A DNA stretch of 64,000 nucleotides from the human T2T-CHM13v2.0 reference genome, Homo sapiens. The notes beneath the pieces are model-generated. The model was not told the origin of the DNA. It saw only the letters and a program-made list of their open reading frames with translations, and searched no databases. The stretch lies in the NCBI RefSeq assembly GCF_009914755.1, contig NC_060926.1, one strand, 5' to 3'. The position numbers were made by a program, and so were the translations under genes. Of this stretch, positions 1 through 13,750 are shown piece after piece. Position 1 is the stretch's first letter; each line of letters starts with the position of its first letter.

Positions 1-1334
1 GAGTTGGAAGGGTGTGTGCTTTTTTCCGCTCCTACCCCACCCCTGCCAAACCATCCCAATTTGAGAGGCTGTGGAGATTACAGAACTTGGAGAGGAGAGG
101 GGCAGGGATCGGGGTTGGAGACTAGATGGTTTTCAAACATTGGGCTACAGAAGTCCCTCTTCCTCCCATCTGTCTCCTGCAGCTGGGTCCACCCACCTGT
201 CCAACACAGCCTCCCACAGGTCCCGGGCCTCTTTGTGCTCCAACCGTCACATCCTTGGCATGCCACACACCCTCACCATCCTGCCTGAAATGCCAGTCCT
301 CATCACTGACATTCAGCCTCCCATGTGCCAGCATCCGGGCCAAACACTTTATCTACAGGAGCTCATTTGTACCTGGAGACTCTTAGGAGGTCGATAATGT
401 TATTCTCCCAACCATGTGACTTTCCAACTCCATATGGACCCCAACCTCTTTTTTTCCACCCCTAACCTGAGACTCCTAGCCACTAACTAACTGCCACATT
501 CTCCTGTCCAAATTCTGCCTCATCGGTTATTCATTCAACAAACACTTACTGAGCACTAACTTTGAGCCAGGCACTCTAAGACCAGCTGAGTCCCACTTCT
601 GGCAGGATGAGTGTTGTTGTCATCAACCACCCCACAAACACCCGTGCCCTCTGCGTACTTGCGAATCTGAGTGAGGAGACACGGTGGCAGTAAGGCTCAG
701 GACCTATAGCTCATGTGAGTGAGCAAGGATGCAAAACCAAAGACACCCGCTCCCCTCACCCACTGAGCTGGAGGGATCAACCACTGTGCCTGCCATCAGG
801 GCTGATGGGCGACTGCTTGTGGATCACAAACTCTTGCGTTGTCACTTCAACCCAGGGGCAGAGTGTGTTCCTCTTCAGGTGTGGCCTGGTCTCGTGAGCC
901 CTGCACTGAATGGGCCAGGCGTTCATTGCTTCAGCACCGTAAGAACACTGTCACCGGAGAATTGTTCGATACTCAACTCTTCCCAGTCAGTCTGTCTTCT
1001 GCATGCCCACAGTTACCGGGCAGCGTGGGCAACAAGTGAGCACTGATTGTTCCGCAATCAGGCTGTGACTTACTCCATCTCTGCCTTCTGCTTAATGAGA
1101 GCCAGGTGGGAGTTCAGCAAAGATCACATGTTTAAGCCTTGTTATTAAACACGTTAAAAAAATACTGCCCCAAGATTATAAAGCCGACTTCGGTACATAT
1201 AAAGAGATTTGGGGTCGGTGAATGGGCCCACTAAGCTTTATTTTGTGGTGTCAGCTGTCTTGGTTCATGTGTAGACAGCAGGGCTCCCAAAGCCAGCATG
1301 CTGGGGTCTGTGAGGGAACAAGCTTCCCATTTCT

Positions 1335-1339
1335 TGTAT

Positions 1340-1370
<31 letters not shown>

Positions 1371-1659
1371 TTTTTTGGAGACAGAATCTCGCTCTGTCAC
1401 CTAGGTTGGAGTGCAGTGGTGCCATCTTGGCTCACTGCAACCTCTGCCTCCCGATTTCAAGCAATTCTCCTGCTTCAGCCTCCTGAGCAGCTGGGATTAC
1501 AGGTGTGCTCCACCACACCCAGCTAATTTTTGTATTATTAGTAGAGATGGGGTTTTGCCATGTTGGCCAGGCTGGTTTTGAACTCCTGACCTCAGGTGAT
1601 CCACCTGCCTCGGCCTCCCAAAGTGCTGGGATTACAGGTGTGAGTCACCACAGCCGGCT
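1335..1659 (-). mobile_element. AluS, full length, with (TTTA)n tail
   Basis: Both Alu arms present; TSD gcttcccatttct at 1322-1334 and 1660-1672. Confidence 0.95.
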
Positions 1660-2592
1660 GCTTCCCATTTCTATAAGCATCCGACTGGTGGGGTGGCCAG
1701 TAGGCTGTGGGGAGTGGTGCGTGATTTTCCTGGTGGGCTTGAGAGAGTAACAGTATACCCCCAGTCAGGGCAAGTGTCTCTCTGAAGGTGAACTCTGGGT
1801 GCACAGCTAGAGGATACAGTGGCTGTGAGCTGGGCCCTCCAGGTGAGGTCTGGCCTGCCCATTGCCACAGTGGGCTTGCTGGCATCCAGGGGGGCTTTCT
1901 GGGTGACTGCCCAGGCCTGCACATGAGTCAGTAGCAAGCTGAATGCAGTGGAGTTTGAGGGGACCCACCACTGTCCATCAAATCGCCCCAACCTGGGTGA
2001 AAGGCCAGAGCAGCTGCGGGAAGTGACACCAGGCCCTCTGGAGATGACCCTCTGGCCCTTGGAGATGTCTCTGGACTGGCCAGAAAGAAGGTGGTGCCTG
2101 GAACTGGAAGGGAAGGAAGCAAGACAGTGCTGGGCCCAGCAGCCAGAAATCAGGGTGATGGGTGGGTGGAGGGGCAGGCATCTGGGAAAGCCCTGCCCTC
2201 CTGGTGTTCCCAGATCTGAAGGCTGGAGGCTGGAAACCTTGTGTCACCTGTGCTGGTGTGAGTTCCATTGGGGCTGCCGCTTACCCTCCCATGACCTTTA
2301 ACATCTGGCATGGCTTGTGGGGGGTGCTGAGAGGAGGAGAAGTCTCAAGGCTGAGGGAGCTCAGGGTAGAGCCAAGGTCTCAGTGAGAACCCCAGGGGGC
2401 AGCTGTCACAGCTGACCTGGAGCCCTCCAGGAACGCGTACTCTCCAGCTCCTGTACTCTCAAAAGCAACAGAAAGGTTTGCTTTCCTCAGGTGCGGTTTC
2501 CTCACAGTGCAGCTTCTCCAAAGAGATCTGGAGACCCCCCAGCAGCTTTGACAGGAAAATAGAGTCCTATCCACCCCACACCAACACACTGA

Positions 2593-2886
<294 letters not shown>

Positions 2887-4149
2887 TGAGGATGTGCAGG
2901 GGTGGAGGGCACTTAGGTCCCTCCCTCAGCTGACCATAGAGCACCCAGAGTGGCAGAGGGGCCACGTGCAGTGAGTGGCCACAGCAGAGCAAGGAAAGGT
3001 GCACACAAGAACAGTCCTAAGGAAGACATGTGTTTAGGGGTTTCATATTCACTGTTTAATCATCAGGACAGAGAGGGAAAGCAACCTACCCAACGTCACA
3101 CAGCTAGCACATGGCTGGACCGGAATTCACACACATCTCTGTCCAGCTAGGTCCCCCAACTAACACAGCTGCCTGTCTGAATTCAAAGCCGGGAGAGATT
3201 GTCAGGGGTGGGCGTTGGGGGAGATGGCAGGTGCCTTAAGTGCCCAAGGCCTTGGGCTGGATCTTTAAGGAAGGGGGATTGGGATGGGCCAGGAGGTTGT
3301 CAAGATTGGAGATGGAAAGAATGCCATTGGCTGTGGTGGGGGGTGGAGTGGGCAGGGACTGGAAGGAGGGGTAGTGGAAGTCAGTCCCTGCCTACAGGCC
3401 TGTGTTAGACTCCGCGGAGATTCAGGAATCTAGCCCTGCCCACAGGGGCTTTCACTCCAGTAGAAGAGAGGAGACCCAGGGGGCCACAGCAGTCAGAGAA
3501 CAATGAGGCCTTGGCTTGGTGTTTGGTGATGATAGGGGAAACCTGCCCAGAACCTGTTTATCAGATGCTCAGGGATCTGAAAAACAGGTTCTGCATGTGG
3601 GCTTGAGATAAAGATGCCCGGGATACTTAGATGTGCCCTATTCCAAGATCGCTAGGTTCCAAACAAGTTGAAAACAATAGAATACACTTATCCCTAAGAA
3701 TGGGCTTGCACATAATTCACTTCAACAATGCAAAAGCTTCCAAACCTCCAGCCTCCTTTGGGCTGCCGGTGTGGCCTCCAAGGTCCACTGAAAAGCCATC
3801 CCCAGCCAGCAGAAACATGCCTGTGTCTTCTTCAGCCCCCGTCCATGCTTTGCCCTGGAGACAAGTGCTGTCATCTGTTTGTGGGTCTGTCTGTCTGTCT
3901 GTCTGTCCGTCTTTCTCCCCACTGTGAGCACTGACAAGCAAGTAAAGATGACAATGAAGCCTTTGTGGGCACCAAATGCTGACAGCATTATCACTAAGCC
4001 AGTGGCAGCCATGGTGACTGCAATAAATTTCCCCCACAGAAATTGATAAATTGCCACTTTCTGCAGCCATTATGTTTGCCTTTGTATCCCGAAGAGTAAA
4101 CGCCTCTCTCCCTTTCTCTCTCTCGCTCACGTGTGTGTGCGCGCGTTAG

Positions 4150-4542
4150 ATGACATTTATTCATTTTATGCATCCTGGGTTCTACTGGTCGTCCCACCTC
4201 AGTTCCTGTAGCAAAGAGACTTGAGTCTGAGCCACTAATTATCACCCGTGAGGTTTCCTCCCCGAGCAGGAAGCAGCAGGCCAGAGCTGCGCTCTCTCAG
4301 TGCACTCTCCAACCAAGCATCAGTCACCACTCCCGGTCCAGCCCCTGTGGCCAAGAGCTGGCGTGCAGGCTGCGGGAGGCAGCTGGCTGTGCAAGACCCT
4401 GGCAGGGCCCTCGCCTCCTGAGAAACCGAGAGTCAGAACCAAAGCCAGGCTGTCCTGGTTGGAGACTGAGCCAGAAAGGGTGGCTCACCTCACGGTGAGG
4501 CTGTCGAGTGACCTGAGAGCCTCAGACCCTCACGTCAGCCGG
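4150..4542 (+). other. STEAP3: STEAP3 5'UTR part of the exon carrying the long-isoform start codon
   Basis: Pyrimidine tract (cctctctccctttctctctctc) followed by ttAG at 4148-4149; the exon runs to the GTAAGT donor at 4565. The 5' boundary is also supported by my recall of the RefSeq structure, which I could not verify here. Confidence 0.6.
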
Positions 4543-4564
4543 ATGTCGCACCAGCCTGCTGTTG
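4543..4564 (+). CDS. STEAP3: STEAP3 first coding segment (MSHQPAV + 1 nt), long 498-aa isoform
   Basis: ATG TCG CAC CAG CCT GCT GTT G|GTAAGT, a consensus donor. The phase-1 join to CC ACC AAA ATG at 18997 gives [15 protein letters not shown]. Confidence 0.9.
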
Positions 4565-4869
4565 GTAAGTCTGGCTAGGACGCAGATCCAAGGGGGCATG
4601 GGTCGTGTGCAAACCCCTCCCACCAGCTCCCTCACCACCTGACCCCTGCCCTGCTGGAGGGTGCCCCTTGAATCTCCAGGAGGTCCGAGGAACTCGACAC
4701 CTCCCAGAGATCTGTACTGCCTTGGAACAGGCTGCAAAAAGTGCAGTATGAAATGGGAAATATGTATCAGCTGCACGTTTTCATGGCCCCCTTTGGAGGA
4801 AAGGGAGTCCAGGTTATTAAGTCAGGAGGCTTTTAAATTTCAGGGGTTCAAGGATTTATCACACACAGT

Positions 4870-4873
<4 letters not shown>

Positions 4874-4904
<31 letters not shown>
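4874..4904. repeat. (TG)n microsatellite
   Basis: Read directly from the sequence. Confidence 0.97.
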
Positions 4905-4906
<2 letters not shown>

Positions 4907-7900
4907 AAGGATGTTAATGTTTATGATGCATTTCTGTGGAATGCAGGCCCATTGGGAATTGTAAATTTTTCTTATTGGTAACCATTTCTGCATTGGTTTA
5001 GCACGGAACTGCTGCTGCAAGTAAATGAACCAGATTTTTCTGGAATGATTCGAAAATCTAGCTGTTTGTAAAAAGCTCTCTAAATTATTCATTCACTTTT
5101 ATTTTGCACAGTTGTGTGACGGTAAACTCTTTTCCATCAGACGAAACTTGCGCGCACGTGTATTTCTGCGGGGATTGGCTCGAGTGTGCTTGAGTTTTCT
5201 GTATTCTCTTTTGTAGGAACTTCTCAGCCTTCCTTTTAAAAAGATAATAATTTTTTAATGATGTCTAAATAATGATTCCAGGCAGTATTACAAGAAATAT
5301 AACAGTAAAACGTTTGTAAGAGTCCATCAGAAAGGGAAAATGCCCACAGAGAAAAATAGAAATGTACCAATTAGATGTGTGTGGCTATAAGTGAGCTTTT
5401 AAACCATGATTTGAGACTGGCATCCTCTGGCCTCTCTGCCCTCAGGTCAGCTGTGGGAGGCTAGGGGTGGGATAGCAAAAGGGACCTGGGATCAGGTGGG
5501 GCTTCCTGGACCCCAGGCCCAGTAAGAATGAAGCCTAGGGGTTCTAGGATAGGGGGCAGCCCTGGATTTGCAGAAACAGCCTGAGAATGAGGGGCTGGAA
5601 AGTATGAGTTGGAGCAGCTCAGTGAGGAGACAGAAAACTGAAGCAGAAGAAAGCAGAAGACACCAGAGTCTGGTGCTGACTGGGTGACTGGCTGTTACTC
5701 ACATCCTGAGCAATGAGCCACAGACCCTCCCCACCCCAGAGGCAGCTTGAATGCAGGGACTGGATGGGCCCAGGGCACAGTGGATCCGGGGCAGGCAAGA
5801 GCCAACTCGGGGCCCAGAGGAGGACCTTTAACCTGACTGGGCCTCAGTTTTCTCTTCTGCAAAGTAGAAGGAATTATAGCCTTCTGCAGGTCAAACCCTG
5901 TGCCCACATCCACAGGCACGATCCCCGACTTCGCCTCGCTGGCACTTCTCTGCATTTGACTCCTGGTTATTGCAGCTGTGCCCATGCCAGGCATTTGTTA
6001 GGTGCTGGGATGTGCCTGCCCCGCTCCTCTCTGTTGGGGAAGACGGAATTCATGCTGTAGGGGAGGCCCGGAGTTTCTACATGGGGCAGTCACAGGGTGG
6101 GGGACTTCCCTGAAAACTTCTTATTTGCATAAAATGTGCGCTGCTTTTGACTTATATTGTAAATTTCAGATCCATAAAATGGGAAAGACTTTGCAGAAGC
6201 TGTTATTCACTTTACCTGACTGGGAGATGTAGATTGTTCATATCCAAGGGTGTTAGTTTTAATACTAACATTAGCATGTGGGGAGGGGTGATCGAGATGG
6301 TGGGGAGTAGGGCCCCCCACCACCTACCCCTGGGACCTCTAAGGGAAAGTACACACCACCGTATGCTAGTTGCATCCTGTTACCTGTGCTGCAGAGCCAA
6401 GGGGCCAGAGGCAGGGAAATTAATTCTGCCTTGTAAAGGCACTGGGCCTTCCTGTTGAATTTTGCTACTTGCGGGGAAGGCACTTCCCAGGCAAAAAGAT
6501 TAAGCCTATAACCTAAGCAGAAAGCAAGCAAGAGCTTTGGGTGGGAAGTGGCCAGAGACATAGATCAGGCAGACCCAGGTTTGGAAGGGCCAAGGAGACA
6601 GCACATCTGCCAATGGCAGCAGCTGGGCCTCACCTGCCCTGACACCCCCACCTAATGGGGACTGGGCAGAACCCTCCAAATGGTTGCCATGCCCTGGCCC
6701 AGGAGCCTCCAAAAACCCTGAAGCCATTGACTCAGCATCCCTGAAGCCTCCTTCCATGAGTACCCCCATACCAGGCTGCACCTCAATGCACCTTAGATCT
6801 GGTGTTTGATTTTCACTTTGACCAGATCTGCAGCAGTCTCTTTGTTAATATTTATTTCCAGTGTTTACATTCATCTTTGCATAAGTCCTCAGTGTTACTA
6901 AGTTTATCAAATAGCGAAATGCTTGGCCAGGTCTAACAATGTCACCAAGCTGCAGAAGGGATTAGAAACTCATAGTATTATTATTTCATCACCACTGAGT
7001 ACAAGAGAGCCCCAGCTAGGTTCTGGGGAGAACAGCTATGACTCACAAATACTCCCCTCCCAACTCACAAATACTCCCCTTAGAATCTAGTCCTTAAATC
7101 ATTCAAACCACAAAAATGTATTGAGCACTTACTGTGTGCTAGGCCCCGGTAGGTGTTAGAGGCACAGAAATGAGTTTTTTATTGGCCCCCATCCAATGAG
7201 GTGACAGACAAGAGAACCAGTGTGTGCAGCCAATGTTAATGTGACAAAAAGTGCAGAGTTAGTCCCAGAGCGTGAAGTCCTCCCTGTCCTAGGCCCAGGT
7301 GGAGGCCAGGAGCTGCTCCCCGGGCTGCCTGGACCAGACTTTTGAGCTCTTGGGACCCTGGCGAACATCAAAGCTGTTGCAAAAGTCAGAGCTCTTGCAA
7401 AAGTTGGAGCTGGCCCATGGCAGGTGGTTGAGAAGTGGCTACATGACTCTTCCCATGCAGAGCGGTTAGAGGGTGGAGGCCGATTTCCAGTATCCCTGGG
7501 AATCCAAAGAAAGAGGCCACTGAGGGGCAGGGGAGGGCCCCTCCGAGGCTTCCAGAAAAAGGCAGTGCAGCAGCTGGGCAAACCAGGATAAGGCATGCAT
7601 CCCTAAGCCCAAAAATCAGGTGATGTGAGGCAGGCCGAGCTCCATGGCAGACATGCTGAGCTGCCTCTGTGTGTCTTGGCTAACTCTGCCCTTTCCTAAC
7701 CCCACGGCTCACCCTGCCCAGGAGCAGGGATGAGGCCCATCCCTGATTCAGCAAATCCTGTGCCATAACAAGGGGAGGGGTGGGGGCAGCCACAGCCCAC
7801 AAGACCCACCAGTCCCAGGGTTTGTGCAGCTCCAGGTCTCCCTGGAAAGCAAGAAACCACCCAGCTCCAGACGCTGAGGCTGCAGATTCAGCTGCCACTG

Positions 7901-9026
7901 CCTGATGGCCTCCAACCTGGCTGGATTAACTGGCCCATAGGGAGCTGGCTGCCCCCACAAGCCAGCTCCCTGGCCTCCCTGGGCAAACTAAAGCCCTCCT
8001 CCCTGGCTCCATAGCGCCCGGTCATCCCCTCATTCCAGCACTTTGCTTCTTCCTGCATTGTGTAGCTGGCCTTTCTCCTAAGAGCCTTAAAAGGGCAGGT
8101 CATCTTTGGCCACCTGCATGGCCCCGGCGCCTTGCTTCATGCTGGGTACACAGCAGGTACTCTGGGAATAACGAATAAGAGAATTTGTCAGAGGAGGTTT
8201 GGCAGGATGGACTATTGCATAGAACTGCACAGACTGTGCACTGCACGCCTCCAGAGGGCACTCTCCACAGGGATTACTATGTAAATGGCACCTCCTAAAG
8301 TTGTGCAGCATAGGGACCCTAGGGCTTGAGCATGCCCCACCCCCCTCCGCTGCTTCAAGCCCCTGGCCTTGGTGCTGACTGTTGGGCTTTCCTCTTCCCC
8401 TTCCCAACCAGCACTGACCATCATCCTTCCCATACGCTGGCGATGGGTAGTAATGAACTGTCCCAGTGAGCAGTTCTCCCAGACTGGGCTGTCAAAGCAT
8501 GCTAGTGAGAGATTCCTGGATGGCAGGCAGGCCATCTGGATTCTTGCTCAGCCAGGAAACTCTGTCCTCTGGGAATATCCTCCCAGTCAGGGTGTTAGGG
8601 GGCTCCTGGATCCCCAAGATCTTCATGGTCCCCTAGAACTGCTCCTCTCCCCAGCCTGCAGTGGGCCTAATGACCCACATGTAGCCAGGGAGTGGTCCCC
8701 ATGGGGTTTGTTTTATTGACTCAGCTAACAATGCCACAATGACTCTGATTGCCTTCTTCTCACCTGAGAGACCCAGCTCTGGGCAGCCAAGGGGTACGTA
8801 GGGACAGAGCATATGCATGTGACCCTCAAGATCTAGAGGAGCTCAGAGACAGCATGGATACTCGAAGCCCCCGTGAGCAGGGAGGACTTTCTGGACCAAG
8901 TGGGCTGGGAGCTGGGCCAACTGTAAAGACCCAGGGAAAAAAAAAGTCAAAACTGAGTTGCTCTTGCATGCAAGTGAGTGGTTAGTTCATTGACTCCGTC
9001 CACAGCCCTTTCCTGAGCAGCTACTG

Positions 9027-9140
9027 CAGTGGTTTTCAAAGTGTGGTCCCCACACCAGCAGCACCAGCAATTCTGGATGTGGAGCCCAGCAATATGTTTT
9101 CATCAGTCCTCCAGGTGACCCTGATGCAGCTCAAGTTTGA
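9027..9140. mobile_element. MER5-type hAT DNA transposon fragment
   Basis: cagtggttttcaaagtgtggtcccc...ctccaggtgaccctgatgcagctcaagtttga resembles the MER5A termini. Confidence 0.7.
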
Positions 9141-9769
9141 CCTGATGTGTCCTAAGTGCTGGGGTTTGCAAAAGTGAGTTTTACTTAGTTCTCACCTTGA
9201 GGAGCTTGGAGTGGGGGAGAAGATAGACAGGAAAGAAAACAGTACTGTCCAGTGAGACGTATTGCTCTGGAGGGCCATGGAGGCAGAGGAGCAGTTGGTA
9301 TAGGCTTGATCCTTGCAAGGGTAAGTGGCCTGGAGACCCCAGTGGCATGACTGTCCTCGGCAGGGAACCAGATGTTGGGACCAGCATCCCCTAGAGGGCT
9401 CAAGGAGCCCAGTGCCGACCCCAGTGCCCCAGTGCCCAGCCACCAGGGCTGTGGCCCTGAGCAGCAGGTCCTCCTACTCTTCCCTCCACCCCAGATCTTC
9501 TGCTCTGCTCTTCCCCCTTCTTCTTCCCACTCCCAAGTCCCAAATAGTAGCAGGTCTTTTCCTCCGATTGTCTTGGGGAGAAATGGGCATGTACCTCCAG
9601 GCCATTATCTTAGAGCACATTTTTAGAAGATTTTAAAGTAAATTTTTCCATTAGGCAGAGAACACCGTGTATTGATTTGGGTGCATCTATTTCTGCTTTA
9701 CCCAGACAAAAAGATTTACAAAATATCCTAGAGAGGAATAGAATTAAAAATGAGTAAATTTAACAGGCT

Positions 9770-9930
9770 CAGAGCGTAGCACTTTATTTGTCTCATATAA
9801 TCCTTGCCACACCTCATTAAGGTGAGGAACATCAGCCCATAGTGCAGATGAGGAAATGGGGCTCAGGAAGGTGAAGTGACTTGGCCGGGCCGCCAGCTAG
9901 CAAGTGGTCTGGTGGGATATGAAATTCCAT
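9770..9930 (-). mobile_element. MIR fragment
   Basis: cagatgaggaaatggggctcaggaaggtgaagtgacttg is the MIR core. Confidence 0.75.
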
Positions 9931-10585
9931 CCCTCTGCTGGGCCCTTGCTGGCTGACCTTGCAGTTTACTAAGGTGACTGATCCTGAATAAATCCAGAGT
10001 GTTCTAACGTTTTGCTGAGCCCGTGTCCTGTTGGCTGCATTGTGGGGAGTGGCCTGGCCTGGCTAGGGAAGCTCTCAGTGACCAATTGTGGCTTCAGCTG
10101 TGTTATTTAGAGAATCCCAGGGGCTGAAATGATCCTCTGCCTGGTTAGGGAAGGGATGACTTTAGGAGGAAGAGGGACCTAATGCCCCACTTAGCAGATC
10201 TGCAGCTGTGTGCATGTTTCCACCTGCACATCCTTCTATAAACCCTCAGCCATGTGGGTGAGCAGCAGACGGTGCCTCCCCCACTCCCCCTGGAACACAT
10301 CTGCCCTGTTCACTGACCTGGGAGCTGGTGGGGTGGACCTCAGACCCCAGCACTTGGCACACACACATCATCCCCTGGGCCCTGGAATGGCTTGCATGGA
10401 TGGCAGAGAAATAGCTGTGTGAGCAAAGGCCAAGAGAACAGTTTAGCCCAAGGCACCATTTTTACAACAACAACAGGTAATGGTACTGATTATATAAGCC
10501 TCACTTGTCCAGAGGTCACGGGGCTTAGGAACCTCAATTATGTGGAAAACAAATAGGACATAACTTCAGAAGGTTGCAGAGCCAC

Positions 10586-11106
10586 TGTGCTAGTGTGGTC
10601 TTTGTGTTGCTATAAAGGAATACCTGAAGCTGGGGAATTTGTAAAGAGAAAAGGTGTTTTTCAAAAGGAAGACAAACATTTGAATGCTCTGGATTTATTC
10701 AGGATCAGTCACCTTAGTAACCTGCAAGGTCAGCCAGCAAGGGCCCAGCAGAGGAGTGGATTCATATCCCACCTGACCACTTGCTAGCTGGTGGCCTGGG
10801 CAAGTCACTTCACCTTCCTGAGCCCCATTTCTTCATGTGCACCATGTGTGCAGAGATCACCTGGGGAGAGAGGAAGTAAGAGAGAGAGAGAGGGTAGGGA
10901 GGTGGCAGGCTCTTTTTAACAAGCTGCTCTCGAGGAAACTAATACAGTGAGAACTAACAGGGAACTTACTTGCTCCTCTGCCCTCCCCCCAGCCAGGGAG
11001 GGAATCCACCCCCATGACCCAAACACCTCTTATTAGGTGCACCTCCAGTATTGGAGATCAGAATTCAACATGAGGTTTTTGGGGGACAAACCTCCAAACC
11101 ACAGCA
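10586..11106. mobile_element. MaLR (MST-type) solo LTR whose middle is replaced by foreign sequence
   Basis: TG...CA termini and 5-bp TSD GCCAC (10581-10585, 11107-11111). MST-like ends: gtgttgctataaaggaatacctga and ggggacaaacctccaaaccacagca. Confidence 0.85.
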
Positions 11107-11259
11107 GCCACCAACATTGGTGTTACAAAATCCATCCAATGACATAGGCTCATGGAGCGCGCTTAAGCTGTCATCCAAAACATGTTTACTCTTGGTTTAC
11201 ACACACTAGTAGCAGTCTGCCATACCTCAATTTCCTTTTTTATTTTAGGTAACAACTTT

Positions 11260-12125
11260 TTAAATAACCTTACTGAGCTATGCCTCACATCACCACGCAA
11301 TTCACCCATTCAAATGGTGAGTTGCATGGTGTACCCGTGAGGATCACTCCCCATTTTCTCCAAATCCCCCATTCTGGCCACCACTAATCTACTTTCTGTC
11401 TCTATTGATTTGTTTATTCTAGACATTTATATAAGTGTAATTATGTAATGTCTGGCCTTTTGTAATTGGCTTCTTTCCCTTAATGCTTTCAAGGTTCACC
11501 CCTGTTGGATGCATACTTAGTTCTCTTTATGGCTGAATATTAATCCACCGGATGGATAGGCCACATTTTGTTTAACCATTCCTCAGTTGATGGACGTTTG
11601 AATTGTTTCCACTTTTTGGGTATTATGAATAATGGGTGAAAATGTTTTTGTGTGGATATACATTCTTCCTTCTCTTGGATATATAGCTAGGAGTGGAGTT
11701 GCTGGGTCATATAGAAACTGTTTAACGTTTTGAAGAATTCCCAGGCTGTTCTCCACGGTGCCTGCACCATTTTACAATCCCAGCAGCAGTGTAGGAGGGT
11801 TCTGATTTCTCCACATCCTCCCTGTCTTTTAAAAAAATATATCATTGTAGCCATCCTAGTGGGTGTGAAGTGGTATCTCATTGTGGTTTTCATTTGCATT
11901 TCCCTGAGGGCTAATGATGCTGAACATCTTTTCATGTGCATTTGTATATCTTTTTTGGAGAAGTGTCTTTTCCAGTCTTTTGCCCACTTTATGTAGGTTG
12001 TTTGTCTTTTTAATACCGAGGTGTAAGAGTTCTTCAGATATTTAGAAACAGGTCCCCTTATCAGTTATATGATTTCCTGAACTTTTCTCCATTCTGAGTT
12101 GGCTTTGCACTTTCTCGATGCTGTG
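11260..12125 (-). mobile_element. Old L1 (L1M-type) 3' fragment
   Basis: The minus-strand ORF at 11687-11941 resembles the L1 ORF2 C-terminus (MKRCSASLALREMQMKTTMRYHFTPTRMA). Confidence 0.9.
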
Positions 12126-12692
12126 CTCTTTCGATTTCGTCAGCAGCGAATTAGCAGGACCTGGGGGGCTTTAAGAGGTGAGCAGGCAGACAGACAGCGC
12201 CCACAAAGTCCTGAGGATGAGAGAAGAGGCAGAGCTTACACAAAGGCTCTGTGAAAACTGAAGATGGACCCCAGGCAGGTTGGGGTGATCCCTGGGGTGC
12301 TGGATGAGGATCTGATTTTGTACTGCATTTTGGAAGGATTTCTGCCCCCAGAGGCTACATAGGCTCCAGTGGTGTGTGCAGTCAGGCAGAGAGATGCACA
12401 GAACCTCTACAGTGTGCCAGGCATGGTGTGGGGTTCTGGGTGCATGTGGAACAACACACAGCAATCTTGCCCTCCCAAAGCTCAGGGAAGTGGGGGCGGG
12501 GGGTGGACAACGAGCACATGAGAAAAAGACCACAGGGGAAGAACTCCCAGAAACATCCCAGCCACAGCGCAATGCCCCAGGTGTATATGGCCCTTGGCTA
12601 CTTCATGCCCTTGAGGGAAAATCGGTATTTTCATTTTACACTTGATGAAACAGGTTAGAGAAAGGACTGGCGTGTCCAGTACCTCCCAGTGA

Positions 12693-13091
<399 letters not shown>

Positions 13092-13565
13092 TGATGGGTC
13101 CTTGCACTCTGGGCTATCTTGGGCCCCGTTTGCTCAATGCAGGCCCCTCTTTCTGAAGCGCTTTTCTTGGGCTCACTCTCAATTCGTCAAAGTTCGGCTC
13201 AGGCCCACCTCCTGCAGGAATCCTCCCAGTCCCCGCTGTCCGAAGTCAGTACCCTTGTCAGGAGACCTTAAACACTTTAGTCCACTGCCTGGCCCTCCCA
13301 TGGGGCAAAGGTCTCCAGGGTGTGTGTGCACTTCCTTGGGGCTTCTTAAGGCTCATTCCCTGGGATTAGGGAGGACATACAGAGCCTCCTTGCACCTACA
13401 TTTGTTTACATATTACTTATACCACATACAACGTTATAGGGCACTGCTGCATAAGTGTACATTTTGAATGTATTTTACTTATAAAGAAATAGAGCAGTAA
13501 TAGGAACATGTGCCCCTAAATGTAATTTTACTGACCAGACAAAAAAAATTTTTTTTAATTGAAAA

Positions 13566-13750
13566 TAAGTAGCTGGACGTGATAGCATGCGCCTGTAGTC
13601 CCAGCTACTCAGACTCAGAAGTCTGAGACAAGAGAATTGCTTGAACCTGGGAGGCAGAGGTTGCAGTGAGTCGAGATCGCGCCACTGCACTCCAGGCTGG
13701 CGACACAGCGAGACTCCGTCTCAATAAATAAATAACTAATAAATAAACAA
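13566..13750 (+). mobile_element. Alu right-arm fragment with (AAAT)n tail
   Basis: Matches the Alu right monomer consensus. Confidence 0.9.

Noticed and set aside
8321-8340. p53 half-site GAGCATGCCC (STEAP3/TSAP6 is a p53 target)
   Set aside because: Only one proper half-site, with no correctly spaced partner.
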